From NCBI GenBank assembly GCA_039096225.1, contig JBBPEB010000033.1, forward strand, positions 992,001-1,056,000: DNA of 64,000 nucleotides, given 5' to 3'. The translations under genes were made by a program, and so were the position numbers. This document shows, piece by piece, positions 38,502-52,182 of this stretch; position 1 is the stretch's first letter, and each line of letters begins with the position of its first letter. The stretch is from Blastocystis sp. Blastoise (taxonomy: Eukaryota > Protista > Bigyra: Opalinata). The notes under the pieces are model-generated. The model searched no databases and was not told the origin of the DNA. It saw only the letters and a program-made list of their open reading frames with translations.

Positions 38502-40330
38502 ATATAATAATATTCATATATACCTATATAATAGTTTCCATTTCTTTTTACTATCAAACCATTCACTTATTTTATAGCACATTTCTTTATTAACAATATA
38601 GGATTCAGGTAAATATAATTTTGGATTTAGTTTTAATGAATATACTTCATATTCAGAAATAATAAAATCATTGTCTTCTTTAGGTCCTTTAGTATTTATA
38701 AATAAAGATCTATTTAAAGGTGTTTTTATAAAAGAATAACAATTTGTTTTACTATTGATTAAGCCACGTAAACTATTATTATAAAAATCACCAATAAGAA
38801 AATCTATAAATGAAGGTCCATAAGTATCCTTACAGAATATTGCATTATATTTATCATTAACCATATATAGTGTGGGAGGAATATCATGTTCATTATTTAA
38901 TGTATATAGAAATGCACCATCATCAGTTTTCATAGCTATATATAGAGTGAACAATATTCTACTTTATATTATTATTATATATAGGAGTTAAAATGTATAA
39001 TAAATGTATTAGTAATTCTTATTATTATGCGTATAATAAATATAATAATAATAATTATTATGAATTCTAATATAAACGAAAAAGAAATAATAATCATTAA
39101 ATAGTTTAAATAATAATAATTATAAATATACGTTTATCATTATTTGATTTCCAACTTTGATTTGTATATCCTCCAAATATATTAATCTTATTATCATGAC
39201 CTATATGTTTAATTATAGTCATTGTAGGTCCTTTATCATCACAATATTGATGAAATTCACTTGCAGAATATTCATGTTCACTTGCTCTATATAATATATT
39301 TATATATATAATATAATATAATATAATATAATATAATATAATATAATATAATATAATATAATATAATATAATATAATATAATATAATATAATATAATATA
39401 ATAATATATACTATACTATATACCTAAATAATAAATTCCATTCATTTCCTTTTCCAACCCAACTATTAAGTGTATATATATATGTACTATTTCCATTTAA
39501 TATAGAACTATCAATAAAATTAGTTTTATTACTTATACAATAACTTGTAGGTAAATCAATAGTTTTCTGAATATTATTATTATTATTTGAATAGAGTAAA
39601 GAATATTTTTTTGAATCTTGACGAATAAAATACGATAAACCTTTTATAAAACCATTTTTTGTATCATCAGCTAATGTTTTTAATTGATCAGAAGTATCAT
39701 GAGATAATGTTTCCAATGATTTTAATGAACTAGATAATTCTTCTTGCGTTTTATTGATTTCTAAAAATTTTGTAGAGAATGAATCTATACTAGAAGCGTT
39801 TTCTTTTTCACTATTTTTGTTATTAGCTATAGAATCTTTTAACTCTTTGATTTCTTGTTGCTGTTGCTGAATCAGAACATGATCCTCTTCAATTATTGAA
39901 GAAAGGTGCTCAATTGCAGTTCTAAAAAACTGACAATAACGATAAACACCATCAAGGCCATCATTCCAAGGATAAGTATTTAAACGATACATTAATTCAG
40001 TTGGTGGAGTGATTTCAAGTTCTTCGAAATCAGATTTAAGAATTTCAAGTTCCTTTTTAGATTTAAGATCAAGATTAATAGGTTCACCATTCATATACTT
40101 AATGATAAGATCTAGATTTCTTTCAGGATATCCAGTAAAGAATTGTTTTCGATTTCCATCATCACCTTTTAGCCATGTTTTATATAACCAACTTTCTGGA
40201 AACAATTCTAGTCGTTTTATCGATATAAAACAATGCAATTTGTTTTCTTCACCAGTAAATGTAACATAGCCTTCTTCAATATACACTTCGATGAATCAGG
40301 ATTCGTTATGTTTTTCACTTTCTCAGACAT
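37624..40330 (-). CDS. BTB/T1-like + coiled-coil + two tandem TLDc domains (5' frame break as assembled)
   Basis: BTB-like LELFPESWLY...LIIKYMNG, then a heptad-rich segment. TLDc1: DSSIL..W....WNLLFRASEHEYSASEFHQYCDDKGPT..IFGGYT..FLYTLNN..GPSF..EYEVY. TLDc2: KWKLLYRCS..WHEKCD..IFGGYTSVGW..FLFSITNP..DFEIY. The ATG at 40330 is out of frame with the main ORF by one base. Confidence 0.8.
38436..38501. repeat. (AAAT)n microsatellite in intron
   Basis: Directly visible. Confidence 0.9.
39305..39403. repeat. (ATATA)n pentanucleotide array in intron
   Basis: Directly visible. Confidence 0.9.
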
Positions 40331-40847
40331 TCAAGTAAGTTTATAGGAATATTTATATGTATTAAATGTGATCTGGAAACCCAGAAACTTAAGATATATA
40401 TATGTGTTTATAGTTTTTTTTCATTTTTTTTTTCATTTTTTTTCATTTTTTTTAAATTTTATTTTTTTTTTTAAATCAGAACTTTAAGAAATATTCTAAT
40501 AATTGATATATTAAATATGCATATATATCACATTAATGAATAATAATAAAGTGTTAAAACGAAATTATAATTTGATAATTTATTAAAATTTTCTTTAAAA
40601 AATAATATTCATTCAGAAATTAAATACTTTATGTTAATTCTATTTTAATTTAATGTTTATAAAAATGTGTTAAAAGTTATGTATAAAACAAAACAATATA
40701 GAAAATAAAAAAAAATCAAAAGTTTATATATAAAATAATAGATGAATAAATAATGAATGGTTGTTAAGCAAGTATAATCATTAAAGAAAGAATCTGAAGA
40801 AAAAAAAATATATATATATGAATATTATAGAAGAGCATATATATAAG

Positions 40848-42209
40848 CTAAATATATTTTATTTGTTTTTTTTTTTTTGATAAAAAGCAGAAAAAACAAC
40901 AAAAAGAAATTATAAATGAAATAATAAGAATAGTAAGAATAATATAGCCCCAAATATTATTATATTCACAATTCTTTATAGGAAAATAAGGATGATCTTC
41001 ATGTGCTTTTAAGCCAATCATTTCTAATTGTTTTACTAAAGATTGATGTGTAGAAGCAATATTATTAGTTTCAAAAGGATCTATTTGTAAATTATATAAT
41101 TCTGATAAAGAAGAAGGTGAAAAACGAACTAACTATATATATATATATATAATTTATGAATCACATATATATATTTATTTAGGATTAATATATATATATA
41201 TATTATATAGACTATATACCTTCCAGTTATTCTTTCGAACAGCAATCCCCCATTGATTATGAACACAAAACTCCCAATATAAATAATCCTTTTTCTCTTG
41301 GGTTAAACCACTTTATATATATATATTATAGATTATAGGATATAAGAAATAATATGTATAGAATTGATATAGATATAACATATAGATATAATATATATAT
41401 ATATACAATAATGTAGGAACAATACTAATGCCATCCAAAGAGAGTTTATTTGTAGCATTTAATATCGATTTATATTTATAAGTATTCTGAACGAGTGAAT
41501 TAGTTTTATTATTATTATTATTATTATTAGTATTGTTATCATATTCAGAAATACTTGGAGAAGAGGAAATAGAAGAATTGTACGGTGTTTCAATATCAAA
41601 TGAAGCCAGTTCCATTATAGTAGGGAGAAAATCCCAAAATCCCCATGAATAATCTGATACGATTCCCGCGGGAATATGATTTGGCCAACGCTATAATTAT
41701 ATATATATATATATATATATATACTACAATCATAGGTACGCGAATACCTCCCTCGTACAGTGACCGTTTAAATCCTTTAAGTCCGCCAGTACTATCAAAG
41801 AACTATATATATATATATATATATAATATATAATATATAATATGTATATATATATATACTTTTGGATCATGAAATCCTTCAGCATGTGCGCCGTTATCCG
41901 ACGTGAAGAACACAATTGTTTCTTCATCAATTTTAAGTTGTTTTAATAATGATAAAATCTATATTATATATTATATATTATATATTATATATATACATTT
42001 CCAACATCTTTATCTTCATAAAGAGCAATTTGTGCCTATATATATAAATATTAAATATATATATATAAATAAAACATATATATATATATGTATACAGCAT
42101 GATCTCTCTCTGTAACAGGCCATTCCTTTTTATTTCCATATATACCGTTATCAGGAACAGGAGCACCTGTCTATATATATATATATATATATATATACAG
42201 CATGATCTT

Positions 42210-42251
<42 letters not shown>

Positions 42252-42347
42252 TTCTAAAATCCATGTCCATCCAGCTGCATGCTATATATATATAATCAAA
42301 TATAAATATCAAATATTAATAAATAATATAAATATCAAATATTAATA

Positions 42348-42389
<42 letters not shown>

Positions 42390-42488
42390 GATCTGTAAGA
42401 GAAAGAAATGCAAAAAATGGATTTTGATCGTGTGCATGTTGTTTAATATAAGAAATAGTATTATTAACAAATATATCATGAATCCATC

Positions 42489-42571
<83 letters not shown>

Positions 42572-43467
42572 CATTATAATAATAGTAATAAACATTATAA
42601 TAATAATAATAATAATATAAATACACGCAAGGATGATCTTTACGCATGCACATGGATCGAGTAGCGAATCGATTTTCACGAAGAGGAACACTATTATTAT
42701 TGTTCCAATAAGATAATGGATACATATTATGACATTCATTTTGATCTAATATTCCTATATAAGTATCAAATCCTTTCTTTAATGGTGCACCTATATATAT
42801 ATATATGTTTATATATAATATACCTCATAAAAAAACATAATAAAAAAAAATAACTATAAATATTTAGTAAAAAAATACCTGTAGAATCATAATTTCCTAA
42901 TCCCCATTTTCCAAATAAAGCAGTACTATATCCAACATCCTATATAATAATAATAATTATAAAAATATAATAACAATTAAAAAAAATACTTTTAATAATT
43001 CAGCAAATGTTGTATCATTTTCTCTTAATGGAAAATCAGATCCTTTATAAGGTCTATTTCCACGTATCCATGTATGACCTATATATATAATAAAAATAAT
43101 AATAAATAAAAAGTGATTCTTTTTACCTGTATGTTTCCCTGTCATAAGAGAACATCGTGAAGGAGCACAAACAGTTTCTCCTGCATATGCATTTGTAAAT
43201 CGTATACCTTCAGAAGCCATTCTTTATTTGAAATAAACAAAAACTAAACAAAATGAATATGAAAAACATACTTGTCTATGTTTGGAGTAGGAATTCTACC
43301 ATGAGGAGAATTTGCAGGGTATGATGAAACTTCTCCATATCCCATATCATCAGTCTATTTGATTATATTTGATTTTTTTTATAATAATATACTAAAATTA
43401 AGATAATATTAGGTGACTTCGATTCACAAAGAATTATATAAATCAATATTAAATAAACTAAAATCAT
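40848..43467 (-). CDS. Cys-type (formylglycine-dependent) arylsulfatase with signal peptide and C-terminal TM anchor
   Basis: [78 protein letters not shown] contains the CxPxR signature. Also FGKWGLG, FFTSDNG, LKGFKRSLYEGGIRVP and LYNLQIDPFE. Ends in a hydrophobic run followed by KKKKQIKYI*. Confidence 0.92.
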
Positions 43468-44149
43468 AATATTGATCTATAGAGAGATAATGAAAAAGAA
43501 ATGAATAAAAAAAATCCAGTTATGAGAGAAAGATTGAACATGATGCATATTAAACTGAATGATTTCTTCAAATAGTAAATCGTGTTTTTATCCAAAAATA
43601 GAGTTATAAAAAGAAGATAATCATGGAATTTAGAAATCATGTATTCTTTTTGAGTATTCCTTAAAAAAAACAAAAATTGATTTTTTCATGATTATCATGC
43701 TTCAATTTTGAATTTTCATATTTTTAATCGTTTATTTTCGTTTATACATCTATTATCTTGATGAATATTAGTTTAAATTAGATTTTTAATGAAACCTAAT
43801 TTTAAGTATTACTTATTAATTCTTTTTTCCAATGTAATTATGTTAAGATTGTTCATTTTATTGTCAAAAACCTATATATACTCTTCACAGATATTAAGAA
43901 ATGTTTAGTTTATAAAAGCAAATATCAAACAAAACCAAATACTTGAATAGTCAACAATTCATAACTAAAAGATTAATAAAATAAATATTTATAAAAAAAA
44001 AAATCTATTTAATGAAGAAACAGGAATTTAATAACTGGATATATAGCACGCATATATATTAATATACATATATATAAATATGAAAAAAAATTTTAGAAAA
44101 AAAGTGAAAAATATAAAAATAAGAGAAAAAATCGATAATAAATAATAAT

Positions 44150-47100
44150 TTAGAATTCAATAATATTACCATCTTCTTCTGGATCTGAATTACTACGACT
44201 TCTAAATAATATACCTCTACGAAGAATAGATAAGACACGTTCTTTTTCATCACCATTAAGATTACTAATAGCATCTAAGACACCTTCAGCAACACTTTCA
44301 GCATGATTTTCAGCATATTTCATAACTTCATTACGTATATACATTTTTTCTAAAGCAAGTAAACGTCTCTTAATAATATTATCTTTTTCTTTTATTAACC
44401 ATTTATATACACGTTCATCATCATCTTGATAATTTTCTATATTATTAATAGAATCATCACTCATTTCATACCATTGTTCTATAAATTTAGAAGCTTCTAA
44501 TAATGTTCCTTTACGAATAGAACAAATCTTTTTACATAAATTAATTTCTTCAATTCTTCTTAATAATCTCCAATAAAAGAATATTCTACTTTGTTCCCAA
44601 TTTAATAATTTACGAATAACATGTTTTCTATACATACGTTCAGGAGTATCATGTAAATCTGCAAATGTTTCACCAATATGAGTATAAGAAGTCATTAATT
44701 GAGCTTCTCTATTCTTTATTTCCATTAATAATTCATCTTTCTTTTCATTTTCTTCCATTTTTTCTAATTCACGATCCATTTCGATAAGTATATGATCTAA
44801 TCTATGCATAGCAGATATTTTATCTTTAGCTCTAAATTTAATAGCAGCAGCACCCGCAGGTTCTAATACACCACCTCTTGATTTTTGGGCAGCATACATT
44901 TCCATCATTTCACTATTAATAGAACTATCTACAACTACAAATGCACCTCCACGTAATTCACTATAAGGAGGTATATATACAAAAATAGGTTGCTTAAAAT
45001 TAACTAATGCTTCTACTATATAACTACCATATTTTAATATTTCATCATACATATCACGTGCACCTCCACTAAATCCTCTCCAATTAGCAAATATAAATAG
45101 TGGTAATCCTTCATTATTAAAATCATTAATAGCTTGTGCAGTCTTATATGAACTATCTGGATACCATACACCACCTGCTTGTTTTACTATAGTTTCTTCA
45201 GTACCAGGATCAGCTGGATCTGCTGGTATAACTAAATCCATTGTTCTATTCTCAGAAGCAATTACTCCCACGGGAATTCCACCTAAACGAGCACGACCTA
45301 CAACTACAGTTTTAGCCCAACCAGCCAATGTTTCCATAAAAGAATCTTTATCAAAGAAACCATAAACAAATGATTTTGTTTCATCAGTATTTGTATTTTG
45401 ATATCCTCTTAACATATCACGAACATCATAAGGATGAGGTGCAGGCATATAATCTATAGATCTATTAATTATATCTATATTATTTGTTAATTGTTTTATA
45501 GGTAATGGAGCACCCATATAAGCAGGTATATAATTCAACCATTCTAAGACTTTTTCAACACCTTCAATATCATTATTAACAATTAAATGAGAAACACCAT
45601 TAGGATACATAATATCTGTTCCACCTAATTGACTATTACTTGTATATACATGTTTACCCATTAATTTATTTAATGCTTCAAAACCTGTTAATAATATAGG
45701 TGCATCATTTATTTTCTGTATAGTTCTTTGTCCTAAACGAACTAAATAAGCACCTATACCTACAGAACGACCACTTACATAAGTTAATGTAAATATATCA
45801 TCATAAGCTCTTGAAGTTTCACCTGCAATTGTACCACTTCCTTGTAGATTTTCAACACCTAAATCTTTACCTAAACCAATAATAGTATTAATCTTATATA
45901 CATTTTCACCTGTAGGTAATTGTACTTTAGAAACAGTAATACTATCTTTAATTTTTTCATAATCTTCTTCATTTACATATAAATATTCAAATCCTTTTTC
46001 AGGATTATCTTCTTGTATCCATTTTACTTTAAATATCTTTTGAATTTCATCTGCTAAACCTATACGTGCACCACTATTAGCAGCAAAGAAAATACGTGGT
46101 ATTTTTTTCATTCTTGCATATTTACTAGCTAATTCAAATAATTTATCTTCTAAAGTACCAAATGAACCAGCTTTAAAAGTAATATCATTTGCAATTACTA
46201 TAATTTCTCTACCTTTAGGATGTAAAGGTGTATATAATGTTAATAACCATGCAATCATACCTATAGTATTTTTACCTGCTACACGTTGTACTTCTTTTAA
46301 TACATATTTACCATCTTTTTGATCTAATATTAATTCTTTTACTTTCATAACAGTAGAAGGAGTATAAATTTCATCAGATTTACATTGTAATTTATATTGA
46401 TCCCATTGTTTTATTAATAATCTTTGAATTAATTCTAAGAAATCATAACAATATAATGTATTTGATGTAGATAATGCAAAAGCACGTTCTCTTTCTAAAT
46501 ATTCTAATACAGGATAAGCCATATTAACACTATGCCCATCCCAATCACCACCAACTTCACCAACACCTTCACTTATACTTGTAAATATAGGTATAGATGT
46601 AGGTGTATCTTTTGTTTCTACATATGTATCTACACGTAATGCCATTGTAGTAGGATCTGTAGCTACCATACGTATAGGTAATGGATTCGATTCAGGAGAT
46701 AATATAGGATTTAAATGTATTTCTACTTGACTTACTTTTAATGATGTTAAACGATCTATATAACGTTTATATAAATTATATAATATTTTTTCTATATAAT
46801 CAGAATCCATATGAATAACAGGTAACATATTAATAAATATTTGATTTCCTCTAACATTCTTATCTCTACCTTCAATTTGTAATCTATTCATACCATATTC
46901 TAAAGCATCTAATGCTTCATCAAATACTTTTTCAGCACCAGGTAAAGTATCACCAACACAACTACTTTCAAATTGATCTAATGTTCTACAAACAGCACGT
47001 ACAAAAAATCGATTTCTTACAGGCATTGGTGATCCTCTTATAATAGGATTTGATTTAGGAAAAGCATAATATAAATGAATAGAACGATTTGGTGTAGGCA

Positions 47101-50100
47101 TTAAAGAAATATTAAAATTTCTCATTCTTTGTATTTCTAAATGATATACTAATGGTGGTTCAATATGGCGTACTAATGTATCTTCTTGAAATCCTAATCT
47201 TTGTCTAAATGTATAAGTAGATGTAAATGGTCTTTCATGACTATAAGAATCAATATCTATAATAGTATTCATGGATATAGATATACGACCTATATTTGCT
47301 TGTATAAGCATCTCACTATAAGGTTTTATAATAGTTTCCATTTTATGTATAATATCTTCTTGAGATAAACCTTGGAAATCACCTAATATAATATGAATAG
47401 GACTTTTTGTAGTACTTAATTGCATTGAAGGATCAAATAAATCAATTAATTTATAAATATTTTGTTCTATTTCATCAATTGTATTTATATATACAATAAT
47501 ACCATTTACATATTCATCAGATTCATTTTCTATACTATTACTATTACTATTACTATTATTATTAATATCTAAAGAAGGAGAAGAAGAAGAAGGTGATAAT
47601 AATGATTTTAAAGAATCAAAACTACCCGATGGTTTTAATCCTGTAGGCATTTCTTGATTTTCAGATTTAAACATAAATTTATAACCCATACAACTAGGAG
47701 ATATACTAGAAATATCAATTTTTAATACATTTCTTAGCATATAAGATTTATATATACGTTCAACATAACATTTTAATGCTAATTCACGTATATCTATATA
47801 TTTTGAATTCATAAGATCGATAAGAGGAGGACAGTAATCATCAGGTTTATCTATAATAGTACTTATTATATTATCTTTTTGTTCTTTATTTTCTTCTTTT
47901 ATAGATTCTGCTAATAAATTATGAACAATAGTTAAATCTTCTTCATAAGTAGGCATTTTCTTACGTATTAATAATTGACGTGCTTCTAATGATAATTTAG
48001 CATATTGTTTATCTTGTAATAAAGCTAATTCTTGTAATATTTGATGATATTTTGTATTATTTGTTTTTATATCATATATATATTTATATATATATTTTAA
48101 TATTAATAAAATTAATTCATTTTGATGTTTTATACCATTATGTCCAAGCATAATATTCCATATATTTTCATAATCTTCATTACTACCATTACAATTCTTA
48201 CGTAATTCTATAAATAATTCAATATCTTTCTTTTTATTAAACTTCATTTCTCTTTGAATATATCGTTTTATTATAGATACTAATAATCCCATTATATATT
48301 CTTGTAAACCATATTGAAAGTTATCTATATAATTAAATAAAGGAGTTAAATTATTATTTAATTCTTTCTTTACATATTCATCTTGACATTCATTTAAATA
48401 TTTATGTAAAATTTCATTCATTTTTTCTACAAATATATTCTTTTTGGTTTCTTCATTATTTTCTAAAAATATAGACATATCTCCTGATTTAGGGTATGTA
48501 TCAATAAATAAATTGATTTGTAATTTTAATTGTTCAGGTATTTTTGATTCTATAGTACTATAAATATCCATAAATTCATTAATAATAATAGAAGGTGTAT
48601 TACAAGAATCATATATAAAAGTAACACAAGAAGTATATATATCTCTAGGTACATAAAAACCATCTATACAAGATAATAATACATTCATATAATCTTTTAT
48701 TTGCATATGAGGTTTTAAATTACGTATACTATTCGTATTTGAACTTAAAGGTAATTTTTCTTTATAAATATCAATTTTTTTAATTTTAGAAGAATCATTA
48801 ATTTTTACATTACATAATATATCTCCTTGATTAATTAAAGTACCAACAGCTTTATATAATTGAGTAATTTCACCATCTTCTTGTGCTAATAAAGGCATAT
48901 ACATTTTCATAACTTCTATTTCAGCATAAGGTTCACCACGTTTTATTTTATCACCAACATCTACTAAATAACGTGCTAATTTACCTGTATTTGGAGATCT
49001 TAATGTAGAAGGATCATATTCTTGAGAAAACATACAGGTAGTACCATCAAAAGATACTTTTAATCCAGCTGGAGTATCTTGTATATATATCATATGTTTT
49101 CTACCTGAAAATGTTACTAAGAATCCTTTATCACTCATTTCTCTTACTTGTAAAGTTATAGAAGAATCATTACATAAAATAGTATACATGTTTTCACCTT
49201 TAACATATATATCTAATGGATATTTAATATCATCATATATTAAATCTAAATGTTCATATATTATTAATAAATCACGGGGAGGAACTTGACCTCTTTTTAA
49301 ATAACTAATAAAATCTTCTTTTCTATTATGAAATTTTGTATATGTACTACAAGCAGCAGTAACTAAAACTACATATATACTTTCAGGTTTATATTCCATA
49401 ATATTATTCTTAATACATGAATCTAACCAATTAGTATTAATTTTATTATCTACATAAGCATCACTTTGTATTAATCCTAATAAATAATCTACTGTAGTAT
49501 GAATATCTCCACGTATACTAAATTCTCTTAATGCTTGTACCATATTACGTCTAGCATCATTTCTTGTAGTTCCCCATGAAAATAAATGACCAAATTGACT
49601 ATCAGCATATTCATGAACACGACCACTACTATCCACACTAAAATAACCCCAAACATTGACTGTAGAACGGAAATTTAATTCACGTATAGCACCACTTGTA
49701 GGTGTAAACCCAGCATCAGGATTCTCAGCAGTAATTCTACAAGCAATAACATGTCCCCGCGGGGGACGTTGAGATTCAGTATCAAAATCAATTGGAGTCA
49801 TATCATATTCTTGTTTATTATATAAATTACGTATACAAGGTATAGCATATAAGGGTATACCCATAGCAATTTGTAATTGTACAGCAGGTAAATTAACATC
49901 CGTTATCATCTCTGTTACTGGGTGTTCGACTTGTAATCTATATATATATATATATATTATTTATATTATATTATTTATATTATATATTTATTATTTATAT
50001 AATTTTATAATAATAAATAATTAATAAATATATGATTAATATATAATATATAATATATAATAAATATAATTAATAAGATAATAATAAATAATATATAATA

Positions 50101-50745
50101 AATAATAAATAAATATATACCTAGGATTTAATTCTAAGAAAGAGAATTTTCCATCATCCATATATAAATATTCAACAGTACCTGCATTAACATATCCTAC
50201 CATTTTAGCTAATCTGACAGCAGCACTCGTCATCTCTATCCACGTGTCAGCAGAAGGAGCCAGTGGGGGACCTTCCTCAATAATCTTTTGATGACGTCTC
50301 TATAATAGTATATATATATAGTTATATATAATATGAATATTCTTTGAAATAATAATAAGAATATATATATATATATATACTTGAACAGAACAATCTCTAC
50401 CAGAGAGAGAAATACTATTATTATATTCATCAGAAACTAATTGTACTTCTAAATGTCTACTTTGATCTGCATATTTCATTATTAATATTGGAGAACCTGG
50501 GACTTCATTTTGTACCTATATAATCATTATATTATTATTATATAATAATCATTATATTATATTATATAATAATAATATTATTATTATATAATAATTATAT
50601 TAATATATATATATATATACAGCTCTATATCCAGCTTCAACTTCTTCCCTCTTCCCTATTTTACGAATACCTTTACCACCACCTCCTTCACTAGCTTTTA
50701 TCATACAGGGATATCCTATAGACTCACAACATTCTAAAGCCTATA

Positions 50746-50806
<61 letters not shown>

Positions 50807-50890
50807 GATACTTGAGAAACAGTCTTAACATCTGCTTGCTCATATATATCTTCAGGAACATGAATATGACCACTTGATTGTTCTTCTATA

Positions 50891-50952
<62 letters not shown>

Positions 50953-51077
50953 GATATACCTGGAGAAATATCAAGTTTTAAATTCGATCCATTCCAAGCA
51001 ATTGTAGGAACATTAGCAGACTATAGTATAGAATACAATAATAATAATAATAATAATAAATTATGATAATAATAATA

Positions 51078-51110
<33 letters not shown>

Positions 51111-51965
51111 CTTGAGCAATAATAGTAGATCCAATTTTATCCCCTAAAGCTCTCATAGGACCAGAAGGAGGACCTATATAAATATATAAACATATAAATA
51201 TATAAAAATATAAATATATAAATATATAATAAATAATATAATAAATAATATATAAATAATATATAAATAATATATAAATAAATAATAAATATTAAATAAC
51301 TATAAAAGTAATAAAAAAAAAAACATACCAATAAAAACGATTCCTTTTTCTTTTAATGAATCAGGTAAACTAGGATTTTCAGAAGCATGACCCCAACCTA
51401 TTCAATAAAATAATAATATTGTTAAATATACAAAATAAATAAATAAATAAAAATATACCTGCCCAAACAGCATCAGCACCCATGACTTCAGCGATTTCAA
51501 CAATTCTTGTGACATTAGCATAATTATTTGTATTAGGACCTCCTTGAACTTCAACATATTCATCAGCCATACGTATATATCTATTTAGAAAAGACATTAT
51601 AATTAAATGTTCATATTTTTATAAGTTTATTTATTATAAAAATATATGAATTATCTTAAGAAATAGAAAAACATACTCAGCATTAGCTGCAAGATCTTCA
51701 GGTGTTGCCATAACAATAAATTCAATAGCTTTATCTGTTTCGAAAGTCTCATAAGACCATTTTCTAATGGAACGAATACACTTTACAGCAGCAATACCAT
51801 TGTTTGCAATGAGTATTTTTTGTATAACACGTTTTCCACTATAAATAATAAGTTAGAAATGTTGTAGGAAGCTGAGATCGTAAAGAAATACTTTCTATTA
51901 AACACATAATCTTGAACAGAATTAAATAATGAATGTGAGTGTGTAACAAACGTAGAATTTGGCAT
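44150..51965 (-). CDS. ACC1: Multidomain eukaryotic acetyl-CoA carboxylase (BC-BCCP-central-CT), cytosolic type
   Basis: Contains [48 protein letters not shown], the biotin-acceptor motif EVMKM, and CT motifs [17 protein letters not shown] and ANWRGFSGG. It has 10 introns followed by a ~5.8-kb last exon. No N-terminal targeting peptide is apparent. Confidence 0.97.
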
Positions 51966-52139
51966 TTGTTATCCTCTTTTTAAGAATAAAACTATAAGAA
52001 ATACAAATAAAATGTATTAATCAAATAGAAAAAAATATTTACCACAAACAATCTATAGTAAATGAAAAGTCTTCAATAAAAAAAATACGCATCTATTGTT
52101 AGATAATCAAGAAATAAACTATGTAATTAAAATCTCTTC

Positions 52140-52182
52140 ATTGATTGGATATTTGACTATTCTATACCTGTCTTCACCAATA
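52140..52182. promoter_or_regulatory. Candidate CCAAT boxes upstream of ACC
   Basis: GATTGGAT at ~52143 and CCAAT at ~52177, about 180-210 bp upstream of the ATG. Similar ATTGG elements lie upstream of other genes at 8411, 30878 and 58122. Confidence 0.35.
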
